From a virus (lineage: Duplodnaviria > Caudoviricetes): a DNA stretch of 54,667 nt. Position 1 is the first letter of the stretch; each line of letters starts with the position of its first letter. Of this stretch, positions 34,149 to 44,210 are shown piece by piece. The notes under the pieces are model-generated. The model saw nothing but the letters and a program-made list of their open reading frames with translations, had not been told where the DNA came from and made no database searches. The stretch spans positions 1 through 54,667 of IMG/VR virus record IMGVR_UViG_3300008113_008855. One strand, written 5' to 3'. The translations under genes were made by a program, and so were the position numbers.

Positions 34149-36007
34149 GAAAAAAGAAATTAGTATTTCACAGCGATTTTGCCCTTTCTAAGACTGGCTT
34201 TGGTAGAAATACCAAGGCCATTCTTTCTTATTTATTTAATACTGGAAAGTACGAAATCGTCTCTATTGCTGGCGGAATATCAAAAGCTCACCCAGAGCTA
34301 GAGAGAACTCCTTGGAAAAGCGTAGGCGTAGTTCCTATGACTGGCCAAGAACAAATAGATTGCAATAGCTCGCCAGATAAAACTAGGCTTTATGCTTATG
34401 GAGCCTATGAAGTAGACTCTGTAATTAAACAAGAAAAACCCGATGTTTATATTACTGCTCAGGATTTTTGGGGAGTTGATTTCGCAATCTCTAAACCTTG
34501 GTTCAACGGTATAACTTCAGCTATTTGGACCACTCTTGATTCTTTGCCTTTGCTGCCATCAGCAGTTAAAGAAGCCCCTAATGTTAAAAACTATTGGGTC
34601 TGGTCAAATTTTGCTGAGAAAGAAATGCATAAGCTTGGGCATAGCCATGTAAAAACAGTTCATGGATGCATTGAGGTGGCAGATTTTAAACCTCTACCCC
34701 CAGAAGAAAAAGAATCTTTAAGAGAAAAGAATGGCATCTCTAAAGATGAATTTATTATTGGCTTTGTATTTAGAAATCAGCTAAGAAAGTCTGTTCCAAA
34801 TTTACTTCAAGGCTTTAAGATTTTTAAAGATAGTAACCCAAAAATCAACGCCAAATTATTACTGCACACTAATTGGCAAGAGGGCTGGAATATTTTAAAG
34901 CTCTGCAAAGAAGCGGAAGTAGACAACTCAGATATTCTTACTACTTATGTTTGCAAGTCTTGCAGAGGATATGAAGTAAAAAATTTCTCAGGACCAGAAG
35001 TTAATTGCTCTTATTGCAAGACTAATAGTTCTTGCGTCACTACTGGAGTCTCTTATGGCGTAAACGAGAAACAACTAAATGAGATATATAATTGCATGGA
35101 TGTGTATTGCCATCCATTCACAAGCGGAGGACAAGAGATTCCAATTCAAGAAGCCAAATTAGCTGGATTAATTACTCTTGTTACTAATTATAGTTGCGGC
35201 GCAGAGATGTGTTGCCCAGAAGCTCACTCGTATGCGCTAGACTGGAGCGAGTATAGAGAGTTTGGAACTGAGTTTATTAAAGCTTCAACAAGTCCTCAAT
35301 CTATAGCTGAGAAACTGCAAATAGTTTATAGCATGCCTATTGATCAGAGGATTAAAAAAGGTAGACTAGCAAGAAAATGGGCTATAGATAATTTTTCCAC
35401 AGAAAGCATTGGCGGCAAAATAGAGAAGTTTATCGACTCCGCTCCATTCGCTGAGCATAGAGACGAGCCGCCTCCAGCTCCTGCTGTAAATCCAGAAGCA
35501 GAGATTCCAGACATTAAAGATAGAGTTTTGTGGCTAAAAGCTCTTTATGATAAAATTCTAGGCAGAAAAACTAGTGAAGAGGACGAAGGTTTACTCCACT
35601 GGGTTAATAAGCTTGATGGTGGAATGTCTAGGCAAACGGTTGAGTCTTTCTTTAGGTCTACCGCAAAACAAGAACTGGCTAAATTTAAACCCACCACTTT
35701 TGAAGACATCTTTGGTGACTCTAAGAAAGGTGACAGAATACTAGTAGTAATTAACTCTGCAAAAGAAAATGTATTCCTAGCTACTAAAATCATAAGAGGA
35801 ATCAAAAAGAAATATCCAGAAAAACTAGTCTTTATATTTACAAACAAAGACGCCTCTGAAATTTTTATGGGCAATAGCGATGTTTCAGATGTTCTAGTTC
35901 AAGGTAAAGAGTTTAGAAATCCTGAATTTTTAAAGGATAATTTCTATGAATGCTATTCTTTAGATGAGTTTTCTATCAATAATAATCATTCAGTTTTCCT
36001 CAAATGA
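34142..36007 (+). CDS. GT4-like glycosyltransferase with CxxC insert and C-terminal extra domains
   Basis: TGFGR, FRNQLRK, CKSC...CSYC, PFTSGGQEIPIQEA; LY..ILGR...EEGL.HW resembles DUF4214. Confidence 0.75.
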   Translation: MVRKKKLVFHSDFALSKTGFGRNTKAILSYLFNTGKYEIVSIAGGISKAHPELERTPWKSVGVVPMTGQEQIDCNSSPDKTRLYAYGAYEVDSVIKQEKPDVYITAQDFWGVDFAISKPWFNGITSAIWTTLDSLPLLPSAVKEAPNVKNYWVWSNFAEKEMHKLGHSHVKTVHGCIEVADFKPLPPEEKESLREKNGISKDEFIIGFVFRNQLRKSVPNLLQGFKIFKDSNPKINAKLLLHTNWQEGWNILKLCKEAEVDNSDILTTYVCKSCRGYEVKNFSGPEVNCSYCKTNSSCVTTGVSYGVNEKQLNEIYNCMDVYCHPFTSGGQEIPIQEAKLAGLITLVTNYSCGAEMCCPEAHSYALDWSEYREFGTEFIKASTSPQSIAEKLQIVYSMPIDQRIKKGRLARKWAIDNFSTESIGGKIEKFIDSAPFAEHRDEPPPAPAVNPEAEIPDIKDRVLWLKALYDKILGRKTSEEDEGLLHWVNKLDGGMSRQTVESFFRSTAKQELAKFKPTTFEDIFGDSKKGDRILVVINSAKENVFLATKIIRGIKKKYPEKLVFIFTNKDASEIFMGNSDVSDVLVQGKEFRNPEFLKDNFYECYSLDEFSINNNHSVFLK

Positions 36008-37164
36008 ATTTATTAAAATCTTTCTCGGCTACAACTTGTATAACTCCTGAAAAAGGATATATTTATGACAGGTTTTTTCCTCTTCCATTCTCAGATTACA
36101 TTGTTTTAAACACTCAGAATGAAGACCAAAACTCTAATTATGTTTTTTGGAATAGAACAATTCAGCTTATTACTCCATTCTTAGAAGAGAAAAATATTAA
36201 AATCATTCAATTCATAGAAGATAAGAAGTTCCAATTTGATCACATAGTAGTAGACAAAACTGTATCTATAAGCGAAAAAGCTTACCTATTAAAGCGAGCA
36301 AAATTCTTCTGCGGAAGTTCAAAGCTTTATTCTTTGATATGCTCAGAGTATGGAGTGGATCAGTGTTTCTTAAAGTATGATTATACTCTAGACAATTGTT
36401 TGGTATCTGAAGATCAGATTATTCATTCTAACAGCACCAGAAAGGGCTTCTCCAATCCAGTAGGTAATTTCATTAATAATATTAGGCCAGAAGAAGTTGC
36501 TTTATTTATATTGAAGAAAATTTTTCCATGCCTTGATTTTAAATTTGATAAGACTATTTGTATTGGCAAAATATTTGCCGTTCCTTCTATAGACCTTATT
36601 CCCGACTGCAACTTTAAAATACCTCAAACTCAAGTTAATAATGAAGTAATAATCAGAATGGACAAGTTCTTTTCTGAAGAGAATTTATATGCTCAGCTAA
36701 TTAATACTCCATGTTCTATTGTTACTAATAGAACTATCAATAAAGACATCCTATCAGGAATGAAGAAAAGAATAAAAAAACTTTTTTTCAAAGTAGAAAA
36801 AGGCTCTGACTCTTCTTTTCTGGCGACCTTAGATAGTTTAAATATTAGCTACGATATCATGACAAATCTTGGCGCAGAAGATTTGAGCCAAGAAAAGATT
36901 AAATATCTTCATTATAAAAAAGTCAATAGACTGAACTTGTTGGACATTAGCTTTCTAGATGGACTAGATAAATCTAAAGTATACTATAAAACAAATAAAA
37001 TCATAATTAAATCTGGCAAAACTTATGCAAGTAGGTGGCACCTAAAGCACGACATATCATCCAAAGATATAAGAAATACTGATTTCAAATTGCCAGACGA
37101 GTTAGACGACTCTTTCCGAGAAGAAGCTGATGGCTTTTATTTCTTGACTTCGGAAGAAATCTAA
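36004..37164 (+). CDS. Degenerate GT-B (GT9-like) protein
   Basis: Y..W...I.LI, IIQF, AYLLKRAKFFCGSS, INNIRPEEV pattern. Confidence 0.45.
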   Translation: MNLLKSFSATTCITPEKGYIYDRFFPLPFSDYIVLNTQNEDQNSNYVFWNRTIQLITPFLEEKNIKIIQFIEDKKFQFDHIVVDKTVSISEKAYLLKRAKFFCGSSKLYSLICSEYGVDQCFLKYDYTLDNCLVSEDQIIHSNSTRKGFSNPVGNFINNIRPEEVALFILKKIFPCLDFKFDKTICIGKIFAVPSIDLIPDCNFKIPQTQVNNEVIIRMDKFFSEENLYAQLINTPCSIVTNRTINKDILSGMKKRIKKLFFKVEKGSDSSFLATLDSLNISYDIMTNLGAEDLSQEKIKYLHYKKVNRLNLLDISFLDGLDKSKVYYKTNKIIIKSGKTYASRWHLKHDISSKDIRNTDFKLPDELDDSFREEADGFYFLTSEEI

Positions 37165-37171
37165 GCATAAT
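37144..37171 (+). promoter_or_regulatory. Sigma70-like promoter TTGACT-N16-CATAAT
   Basis: -10 ends 7 nt before ATG 37179. Confidence 0.7.
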
Positions 37172-37178
37172 TCAATGC

Positions 37179-37886
37179 ATGAGTTCTACTCCTCCAAAAT
37201 CATTTAAGAGAAATGAATTTGGTCTTCTTGAAGACCCTCCTGTTCCTTACGTTTTTAATGACGATGGAACTGTAAATTGGCGAAAGATGATTCGCCCTGA
37301 GTTCCTTGTGCCTAACAAGCAGAAGACTCAAGAGACTGATATTACTAAGTTGGAAGATAAGGATCTTCTAATTCTTCTTGGCGGCATTAAGGAGCTTGCT
37401 CAAATCCGAGGATTTACTTGCGTATCTTACGATGTTCCTGAGGCTGGTCCGCACTATGTAATTGCTTCTTGTTACATTAACTGGATTGGCAATTATGAGA
37501 CTAATAACGAGCAGGTGTCTTTTCAAGCTCTAGCTGATGCATCTATTGAAAACACTCAAAGTTTCGCAAAGATGTTCCTAGCTGCCACCGCTGAGAACAG
37601 GTCTTTCGTTCGATGCGTTCGTAATTTCCTAAAAATCAACATTGTTGGTCAAGAGGAAATCGGATCTAAGGCGTTGCCAGAAGATCTTGGCGTTGAGAAC
37701 CCGCTTTCTCCTACGGCAGTTCTATCTAACCTAATGAGAGAAAAGGGCATTTCTTTCGATGATGTAAAGCGCCGCCTTATTAAGGATAAGCTCGACAAGG
37801 CTGATGAAATGACATCTCTTGCTGAGATTCCAAAGCCCAAGATCTTTGAATTGATCGACAGGATCAAAAAGACTCCCGGTAAGTAA
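37179..37886 (+). CDS. Putative Rad52/Sak-like single-strand annealing protein
   Basis: GIKELAQIRG...ADA...ATAENRSFVRCVRNFL resembles the AETRA..RA helix of Rad52-fold annealases. Confidence 0.5.
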   Translation: MSSTPPKSFKRNEFGLLEDPPVPYVFNDDGTVNWRKMIRPEFLVPNKQKTQETDITKLEDKDLLILLGGIKELAQIRGFTCVSYDVPEAGPHYVIASCYINWIGNYETNNEQVSFQALADASIENTQSFAKMFLAATAENRSFVRCVRNFLKINIVGQEEIGSKALPEDLGVENPLSPTAVLSNLMREKGISFDDVKRRLIKDKLDKADEMTSLAEIPKPKIFELIDRIKKTPGK

Positions 37887-38156
37887 TTACCACTTTCCTG
37901 CTGGACAGCTTTCAAAATCTAATTTTACTTTAATAGTAACAAAGCATCCACACAGTTCGCATCTGCCGCTTTGCTTGCAAAGCTTTGGGCATTTGTTGCA
38001 AATAGATAACCTCTTTTCCGCGCTATCCGGATTAGAGGTTATTTTTTCATTATTTATTATTGCTGAAGCGGCTTTCTTTGATGAAGAGACAAGGCTATTT
38101 TTAATTTTTAAACCTTCCTTCATTAAACTGGAAAACGAAAGATCGTTTTGACTCAT
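37887..38156 (-). CDS. Small Cys-rich protein, DUF6171-like
   Basis: RLSICNKCP....RCELCGCF...K......CPAGKW. Confidence 0.7.
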   Translation of the reverse strand: MSQNDLSFSSLMKEGLKIKNSLVSSSKKAASAIINNEKITSNPDSAEKRLSICNKCPKLCKQSGRCELCGCFVTIKVKLDFESCPAGKW

Positions 38157-41100
38157 ATCTTAATTGTACTAGGATAGAAGTTAGAATATCTAAAATCTAA
38201 TGTAGTGCTAGAAGAAGTCCCGCAAGTTTCAGAGCAAAAAACCTGATATGTATTTTTTATTCCATTTGGCAAAGCCAAAGCTGAAGCTGTTCCACTAGCA
38301 GACTCAGACAATCTTCCTCCTGTATAAAATCTAAAATTCCTTGTTTGAGTTGGTACGTCTATTGGAACATTTGTATTTGCTGGTATGGCTCTTGGATAAG
38401 CGTCTCCGAAAACTCCATTGCAACTAATAAATCCCACCCCGCCCTCTTGATATGGCTCGTAAGAAGAGCAAGAGTAAGTCAATTTTGTTTCTATTGCTAA
38501 GAATTTTTTCTTTAGACTTCTAACAAAAGATGCTGGCAAAGCTTTTTCCATCCAAGGGTGTACAAAAGGATTGAATGACATAGAATCTGAATACTCTGTA
38601 GATCTAATATAAACTCCTTGCCCACCGGTTACTTTTTGAGGGATATCCTGATTCTTTAAGTCTACTCTATTTACTGATCTACCAGCTGATACTCCAATGA
38701 TAGAATTAACTGGTAAATAATAGCTATATTTGCCAGGAGAAGAAACCTTATCTCCACCTGTGCTAAAATTAATAATCTTGTTTTTATCTGGCTCTTCATC
38801 TTTTAGGTAGTATTCATTAAATTGCCTTTCAAAATCAATCGCCCAAACCATTGGGAGAATGACTCTTGCTTCATTTAGATTATTTATTCCATCTACCAAT
38901 CTGTTGAAAAAGCTATTGGCTCTTGGTAACATGTTCGGAAGAGTTCCGTAAGCTGGCGCTCCATCAGCCCTCGACTCAAGAGGCAGCAACGTTAACCAAG
39001 GAGGCGCAGCGGCAGTGTCATAGATTGAGATTGCAGCGCTCGCATCTGTATAAACGTCTAGATTGCTCAAAGAGAAGGTTTGACCGCTCTTGGTGGTAGA
39101 TATGAAATTTTCATTTAATACCGTTGCATCAGATCCCTCTATTATTGATGATGAGCTGTTTACCGAGCTAGGAACGCTAGAGTCTTCAATCTCTGGCGTG
39201 GCAGCGTCAGTATCTTCATTATATATAGAAACGTTTTCTAATGGATTGTTGTATTTATCTGCGTAGAGCTTAGAAATTTGATACCAAAATGGATCAAGTT
39301 TAAGCATTGACGTTTCGTCTTCTGGATTTATATTAGTGTTTATGTAAGTTGATGCTGATCCAGAGTTGGCGTTTGTTTGTTCGGCGGCATTTTGCTGAGC
39401 TATATTATTTCTTGATAAGTAATCTTGTAGCACTTTAGCTTCTTGATCGTCTAGCGCGGCATCATTAGATCCAACTTGATTTAATGGCTTGCCGCCGTAT
39501 AGAGAAGCTTTTAGTTTGCTAAATGAGCTATTGATTGGTTTTAAAAACTCAGGAATATCGGTTCTTTTTGTTGATACAATCTTATATGAAGATTTTATAA
39601 TTGGAGTTAGATCGCTAAATGTTTGAATCCTTTTATCTGATTCGGTTTTAAACATTGAGTACCCATAGCCAGGATCAATGATTTTAATTCCTGATATCTT
39701 TCCGTATTCATTTAATACAACCTCTGCTTTTGCAGGCTTACCATTAGAATCTATATTAGGATCAGGAAGCTGAACCTTTGGAGCAATCAAAAACACTTCA
39801 TCAGGCTTAACTGGCAAATCAATGTAAGTTATTGTGCCTTCTCTAATTGGATCTGTGTAGAAAGCTTTTGATTCAGAAGTTAATTTATATAATGTTTTAA
39901 GTGTTTGAGTTATTGTGGCTGAGCCTTGATTATCTATAGCCAAATAAGTCATTCCTTCTATTTTATCGAACTCTTTAAACCCCCTATCTGGCAATCTGAT
40001 TCCTCTCAAAGCGTAATCATCTAAGTTAAAAGAAATTGTATTATCAGCCGCATTTCTTGATGTTGATCCTATAAACTCATCATAAACAAGATAATTCCAA
40101 GTAGGAGGCAGCAGCATCTTATCGAAAGAATATTCAACTGATCTATACGCAGTAGTGCAAGTTACATTGTGCTTTTCTATTTGTATTTTAAGATTTGCTG
40201 TTTTATTATCTAGGTTAGAGATTTTATCAAATAGATTTAAATAAGCTTGATTTACAGACGATCTCTTGAGCCTCAAAACAAATTTATCTTCATCTATATT
40301 ATAGTTTTCATTGTTTCCAAGCTTTAATGATGTAGCACTTAGAATAGTTCTGTAAACTGACCCATCATAGTATTGTACCGATACTTGTAAATCTGTTGTT
40401 AAAACACTAGCAGTAGCATTAAAAAGACTATAGTTATAAAAATCTTCTACTATTTTCCAAAACAAGATAACATCAGTAGTTAGCCCGCTTTGGTCTTTAA
40501 TTATATTAATGCATGGCAAGATTTCTGACACGCAAGCTGGATAAACGAATCCTTTATAGTTGTTAGATATAGAATTCTTTGGAGTTGCTTCGTACTGGAA
40601 TCCAGTAAAATATTCTCCACCTACAAATAGATTTACAATGAACTCTTGATCGGATGTCTTACCTTTGAATTTATCAAAATCTGAAAACAAGTGAGCAAAA
40701 GAGTGCTCGATCTTCTCGGTTGTTGAGCCTCTAACTGCCGTTATATTTTCTGCTTGTTTGTAAGTTTCTGAAATTTTTGCTTTTATTTCGTATCTTAATG
40801 CTGCTGGCTGCTTTTGATTTATTGTTAGATCTGGAACTGTGCCGCTTGGGTTCGCTACTCCTTCTAAGCCTAAAGCGTCAAAGAACAAAAATCTTTCTTT
40901 GCTAAAGTAATCCCCAAGCCCAGTGGCCGTGGTTTTAACTAGAAAGAAAATGGCAGATCCTATAGATGGGACATTAATTTTGATTTTATTGAAGATTATT
41001 GAATATCCAGAAACATCTTTATTATCATCTAGGATTTCAGTTACAGATGACGATCCTATATCTAAAGTTATTGGGGTCCAGCTTGGCGCTATTTCATTCT

Positions 41101-41629
41101 TATATAAAAGCTGTATTGATGTTACTAGTTTAAAATCAAAGTCTTGAATCTTATCTAAAACTATCTTTCCTTTTACTATGTTGAATGAATTAGATTCCCT
41201 TTCGATAGAGAATCCAGAAGTTTCATTATAAATCGCTCCAACCGCTGGAGATTTATTTTTAGAGTTATAGATTATTTGAGGATCTGAAGTGACTACAGTT
41301 GATATTGAGTTTGTTGCTCTAACTGAAATTTTTGTAGAGTAAGTTCTATCTAAAGCGACCTTATAATTCTGCTCTGATAATTCAGTAACATCATATATAA
41401 AAGGATCCCCAAAATTATCATAAGTTCCATAAGTTATATTTTTTTCTACCCTTTGAACTATCAATTCGATTTTTACAGCATTGCTTACTTCCCAATAAGC
41501 AAATATTTCACTTAGTGTTGAGGCTTCGCTAAGATCTACCTTAAAAAGCAATTTAACTACAGGATCAGAAGTAGAGCCCTGATCATTGCCATCTTGAAAT
41601 ATAGGAATTGTTCCTTGAGCTATTGGCAT
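38153..41629 (-). CDS. Large virion structural protein (tail/baseplate)
   Basis: 1158 aa; contains AKAEVVLNEYGKISGIKIIDPGYGY, a beta motif common in myophage baseplate/tail proteins. Confidence 0.6.
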   Translation of the reverse strand: MPIAQGTIPIFQDGNDQGSTSDPVVKLLFKVDLSEASTLSEIFAYWEVSNAVKIELIVQRVEKNITYGTYDNFGDPFIYDVTELSEQNYKVALDRTYSTKISVRATNSISTVVTSDPQIIYNSKNKSPAVGAIYNETSGFSIERESNSFNIVKGKIVLDKIQDFDFKLVTSIQLLYKNEIAPSWTPITLDIGSSSVTEILDDNKDVSGYSIIFNKIKINVPSIGSAIFFLVKTTATGLGDYFSKERFLFFDALGLEGVANPSGTVPDLTINQKQPAALRYEIKAKISETYKQAENITAVRGSTTEKIEHSFAHLFSDFDKFKGKTSDQEFIVNLFVGGEYFTGFQYEATPKNSISNNYKGFVYPACVSEILPCINIIKDQSGLTTDVILFWKIVEDFYNYSLFNATASVLTTDLQVSVQYYDGSVYRTILSATSLKLGNNENYNIDEDKFVLRLKRSSVNQAYLNLFDKISNLDNKTANLKIQIEKHNVTCTTAYRSVEYSFDKMLLPPTWNYLVYDEFIGSTSRNAADNTISFNLDDYALRGIRLPDRGFKEFDKIEGMTYLAIDNQGSATITQTLKTLYKLTSESKAFYTDPIREGTITYIDLPVKPDEVFLIAPKVQLPDPNIDSNGKPAKAEVVLNEYGKISGIKIIDPGYGYSMFKTESDKRIQTFSDLTPIIKSSYKIVSTKRTDIPEFLKPINSSFSKLKASLYGGKPLNQVGSNDAALDDQEAKVLQDYLSRNNIAQQNAAEQTNANSGSASTYINTNINPEDETSMLKLDPFWYQISKLYADKYNNPLENVSIYNEDTDAATPEIEDSSVPSSVNSSSSIIEGSDATVLNENFISTTKSGQTFSLSNLDVYTDASAAISIYDTAAAPPWLTLLPLESRADGAPAYGTLPNMLPRANSFFNRLVDGINNLNEARVILPMVWAIDFERQFNEYYLKDEEPDKNKIINFSTGGDKVSSPGKYSYYLPVNSIIGVSAGRSVNRVDLKNQDIPQKVTGGQGVYIRSTEYSDSMSFNPFVHPWMEKALPASFVRSLKKKFLAIETKLTYSCSSYEPYQEGGVGFISCNGVFGDAYPRAIPANTNVPIDVPTQTRNFRFYTGGRLSESASGTASALALPNGIKNTYQVFCSETCGTSSSTTLDFRYSNFYPSTIKI

Positions 41630-41631
41630 AA

Positions 41632-43386
41632 TTAAATTTGATATAAGGGTATATAGTTTACATTTACAGTTATTTCATTTTCAGAAAAATCTGTGTCAGC
41701 CGAAATTAAAAGAGAATAAACATAATCACTCACCTTAGAGAATGTTACACCATTTACCTCTGCGTTTACATCAAAAAAACCTGCTACTCCAAAAGTCAAA
41801 GAAGCAGCATCTACTTGTATGTATTTTGGATAATCTACAGTATTGACTATTGATCCATTAATGTCTTTTAGCTGCAATTTGGCATAAAGCTTCTGACCTT
41901 TTTTTAATTTGTCGGCGGCAGTTGTAAGAGCCAAATCGCTATAAAACTTAACTATAGCAGGCTCTTCAGCAGATAATCTTAGAGGAAAAGAGTAGGAAGA
42001 ACTTGTTAATGTTGCTTTTCTTATGGTTTCTACGCCAGAAGAAGCTGACAAACTTGTTGCTGTTATCCTTATGCTTATAGATGAAGCTTTCGATACATTT
42101 AAATTATCAACAGTAACCGTTTGGCTATCTGTGCTTGTTGAGTAAGAAGTTCTGGTATATAGAGAATCTATAATGTTGCCACTTTGATCTATTATTTCGT
42201 AAAGTATTTGTTCCGCTCCGGAGTATGAATATGAAAAAGTAACCGAAGCAGAACCAGCATCAGAGAATAAAACTGAATCTATAGTTGAACTAGAAACAGC
42301 AGGCGTTGTAGTATAAGTCGTTTTAAAATAGAAAGGAAAGATAAACTCTGTGCCATCTTGAAGTATTACTGCTATATTTACTTTTCCATACTCATCCAAT
42401 GCAGCATACAATTCATCTATAGTTAAGATATAAAAACTTGAAGAAGCCAATTCTACAGCATCATAAGACCCTACTCGTATGAATAGAGTGCCGCTAAAAG
42501 TATAGTTAAGTCTAAATCTAAAGTCTGTAGTCGTAGTTGAAGCTCTATAATAATAGTAAGTTAAAGAAGCTCCCTGAGCGAAATTGTTTCCAGAAATTTC
42601 ATTTAATAAAGCCCCATTAGCATCATAAAAAACTGACGCAGATATTCCTCTATACAATCTAAATTGTAAAGTGTCTATAGTTATATTCTTCTTGATTTCT
42701 ATAGAAGCTGAAGCTGCAAAAATACCAGAAGCCTCCGTATCTAAATCGTAAAAGTAATTTCTTACTTCGACATGTAAAGTTCCATACTTTCCTACTGTAG
42801 AGATTGTAGATATTTGATTTGTCCCATCAGCAGAATCTGTAATAGCCTGAGTAAAAGATTCTCCGCCTTCAAAGTAATATATGATAGAAGTTCCATAGTC
42901 AGAAATTACTTGAACTTTATCGTTATCTAAAAGATTTAGTTTAACAACAGGAATCTTTATTGTTGGTCTAAAATCTACCAAATAATCTGTTGTATCAGAA
43001 CCATTATCTGCTTGAAATTTATAAGAAAAAGTAAACGATTGGTTTCCATAAGAAGAGTCAAAATTATAAGCGAAATAATTTGAAGTCTTTAGTGTTTGAT
43101 TTTGATACCTCTGAGTTGTCGTTTTCACAGGAGCTGAGCCAACTAAAATTTCTGTTGAGCCATCTGGCTTTATGTACTTAACATAAGAGAAATTATAAGC
43201 ATAAACATTTAACACATTAGCTAAATTAGGCAAATCTTTATACAAGAAAACCTCATCTGAATTTACATTATCTATTCTAACAAAAGCAACCTTAGTAATT
43301 CCAGAGCATAATTGATCGTCAGCAAGCTTAACTATTGAGCCTCCAGAATATTGGATCATGATGTTTCCACCAAGATCACACGCCAT
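41632..43386 (-). CDS. Putative virion structural protein (Ig-like, S/T-rich)
   Basis: 584-aa beta-rich ORF in the structural operon. Confidence 0.55.
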   Translation of the reverse strand: MACDLGGNIMIQYSGGSIVKLADDQLCSGITKVAFVRIDNVNSDEVFLYKDLPNLANVLNVYAYNFSYVKYIKPDGSTEILVGSAPVKTTTQRYQNQTLKTSNYFAYNFDSSYGNQSFTFSYKFQADNGSDTTDYLVDFRPTIKIPVVKLNLLDNDKVQVISDYGTSIIYYFEGGESFTQAITDSADGTNQISTISTVGKYGTLHVEVRNYFYDLDTEASGIFAASASIEIKKNITIDTLQFRLYRGISASVFYDANGALLNEISGNNFAQGASLTYYYYRASTTTTDFRFRLNYTFSGTLFIRVGSYDAVELASSSFYILTIDELYAALDEYGKVNIAVILQDGTEFIFPFYFKTTYTTTPAVSSSTIDSVLFSDAGSASVTFSYSYSGAEQILYEIIDQSGNIIDSLYTRTSYSTSTDSQTVTVDNLNVSKASSISIRITATSLSASSGVETIRKATLTSSSYSFPLRLSAEEPAIVKFYSDLALTTAADKLKKGQKLYAKLQLKDINGSIVNTVDYPKYIQVDAASLTFGVAGFFDVNAEVNGVTFSKVSDYVYSLLISADTDFSENEITVNVNYIPLYQI

Positions 43387-44209
43387 TGTATTTAATGGTA
43401 AAGTAGGGGTAAAAAATCTTATTTAATTGAAGCGAAAAAGCTGTTGAAAACGAAGTGACAGAAGTAAAATCTTGAGCATATTGATACTCATTAGATATAT
43501 TTCTTAGTATAAGGATGTAGGTAGAATAATAGTATTGATTAGTAGAAAAATTAAAATTCTTAACAACATAAACATAAACCTTACATTTATAAAAGCTGGT
43601 TAATATTTTTTCGCTTATATCCGAGTAACTAGAACCGTCATAGTCCCAAGGGTAAGCTTCCGTAGTTACTTGAGACAATTGAACAAAAGATTTTGAAATA
43701 AAAATCCCATCGTATTCTCTTACTTCAGCGTAAACGCTATTTGCCCTATCGTCAGTGAAAGTATTTGACCCATCCACACCAAATGTTATTGTGTCTAAGG
43801 ATTCTTTTCCTGCGTTATAGATTTTAAAGTTTCCTATTAGATCGCTCGTATTTATTGTGCCGCCGCTTGATATGGAAACGCAGCTTTTCTGGCTAGTATT
43901 TCTATATCTAGATAATATATATAGATCCTTAAAGTCTGATTTTAATTGTTGTAGACTATACTTAAAAGCTTGATTTGTTTCTGCTGTGCTGCTTAAATTT
44001 AAAGACTCTAATATAATGTTGAAGTAAAAATTCTTGATGTCACTGTTATTCAACATGTTAGTTGAATTAAACTCATCAGCATTGTAGATATCCTTAATGT
44101 AAGCTGTTTTTATTTCAGTATCTATATTGGTATTCTTTTCAGCGATTGGAGTAACGCTTAAAGAATTAATACCGTCGAAAATATTGACAAAAAATAATTT
44201 ACTGCTCAT
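43376..44209 (-). CDS. Putative virion structural protein
   Basis: 277-aa ORF in the structural operon. Confidence 0.55.
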   Translation of the reverse strand: MSSKLFFVNIFDGINSLSVTPIAEKNTNIDTEIKTAYIKDIYNADEFNSTNMLNNSDIKNFYFNIILESLNLSSTAETNQAFKYSLQQLKSDFKDLYILSRYRNTSQKSCVSISSGGTINTSDLIGNFKIYNAGKESLDTITFGVDGSNTFTDDRANSVYAEVREYDGIFISKSFVQLSQVTTEAYPWDYDGSSYSDISEKILTSFYKCKVYVYVVKNFNFSTNQYYYSTYILILRNISNEYQYAQDFTSVTSFSTAFSLQLNKIFYPYFTIKYNGV

Positions 44210-44210
44210 A

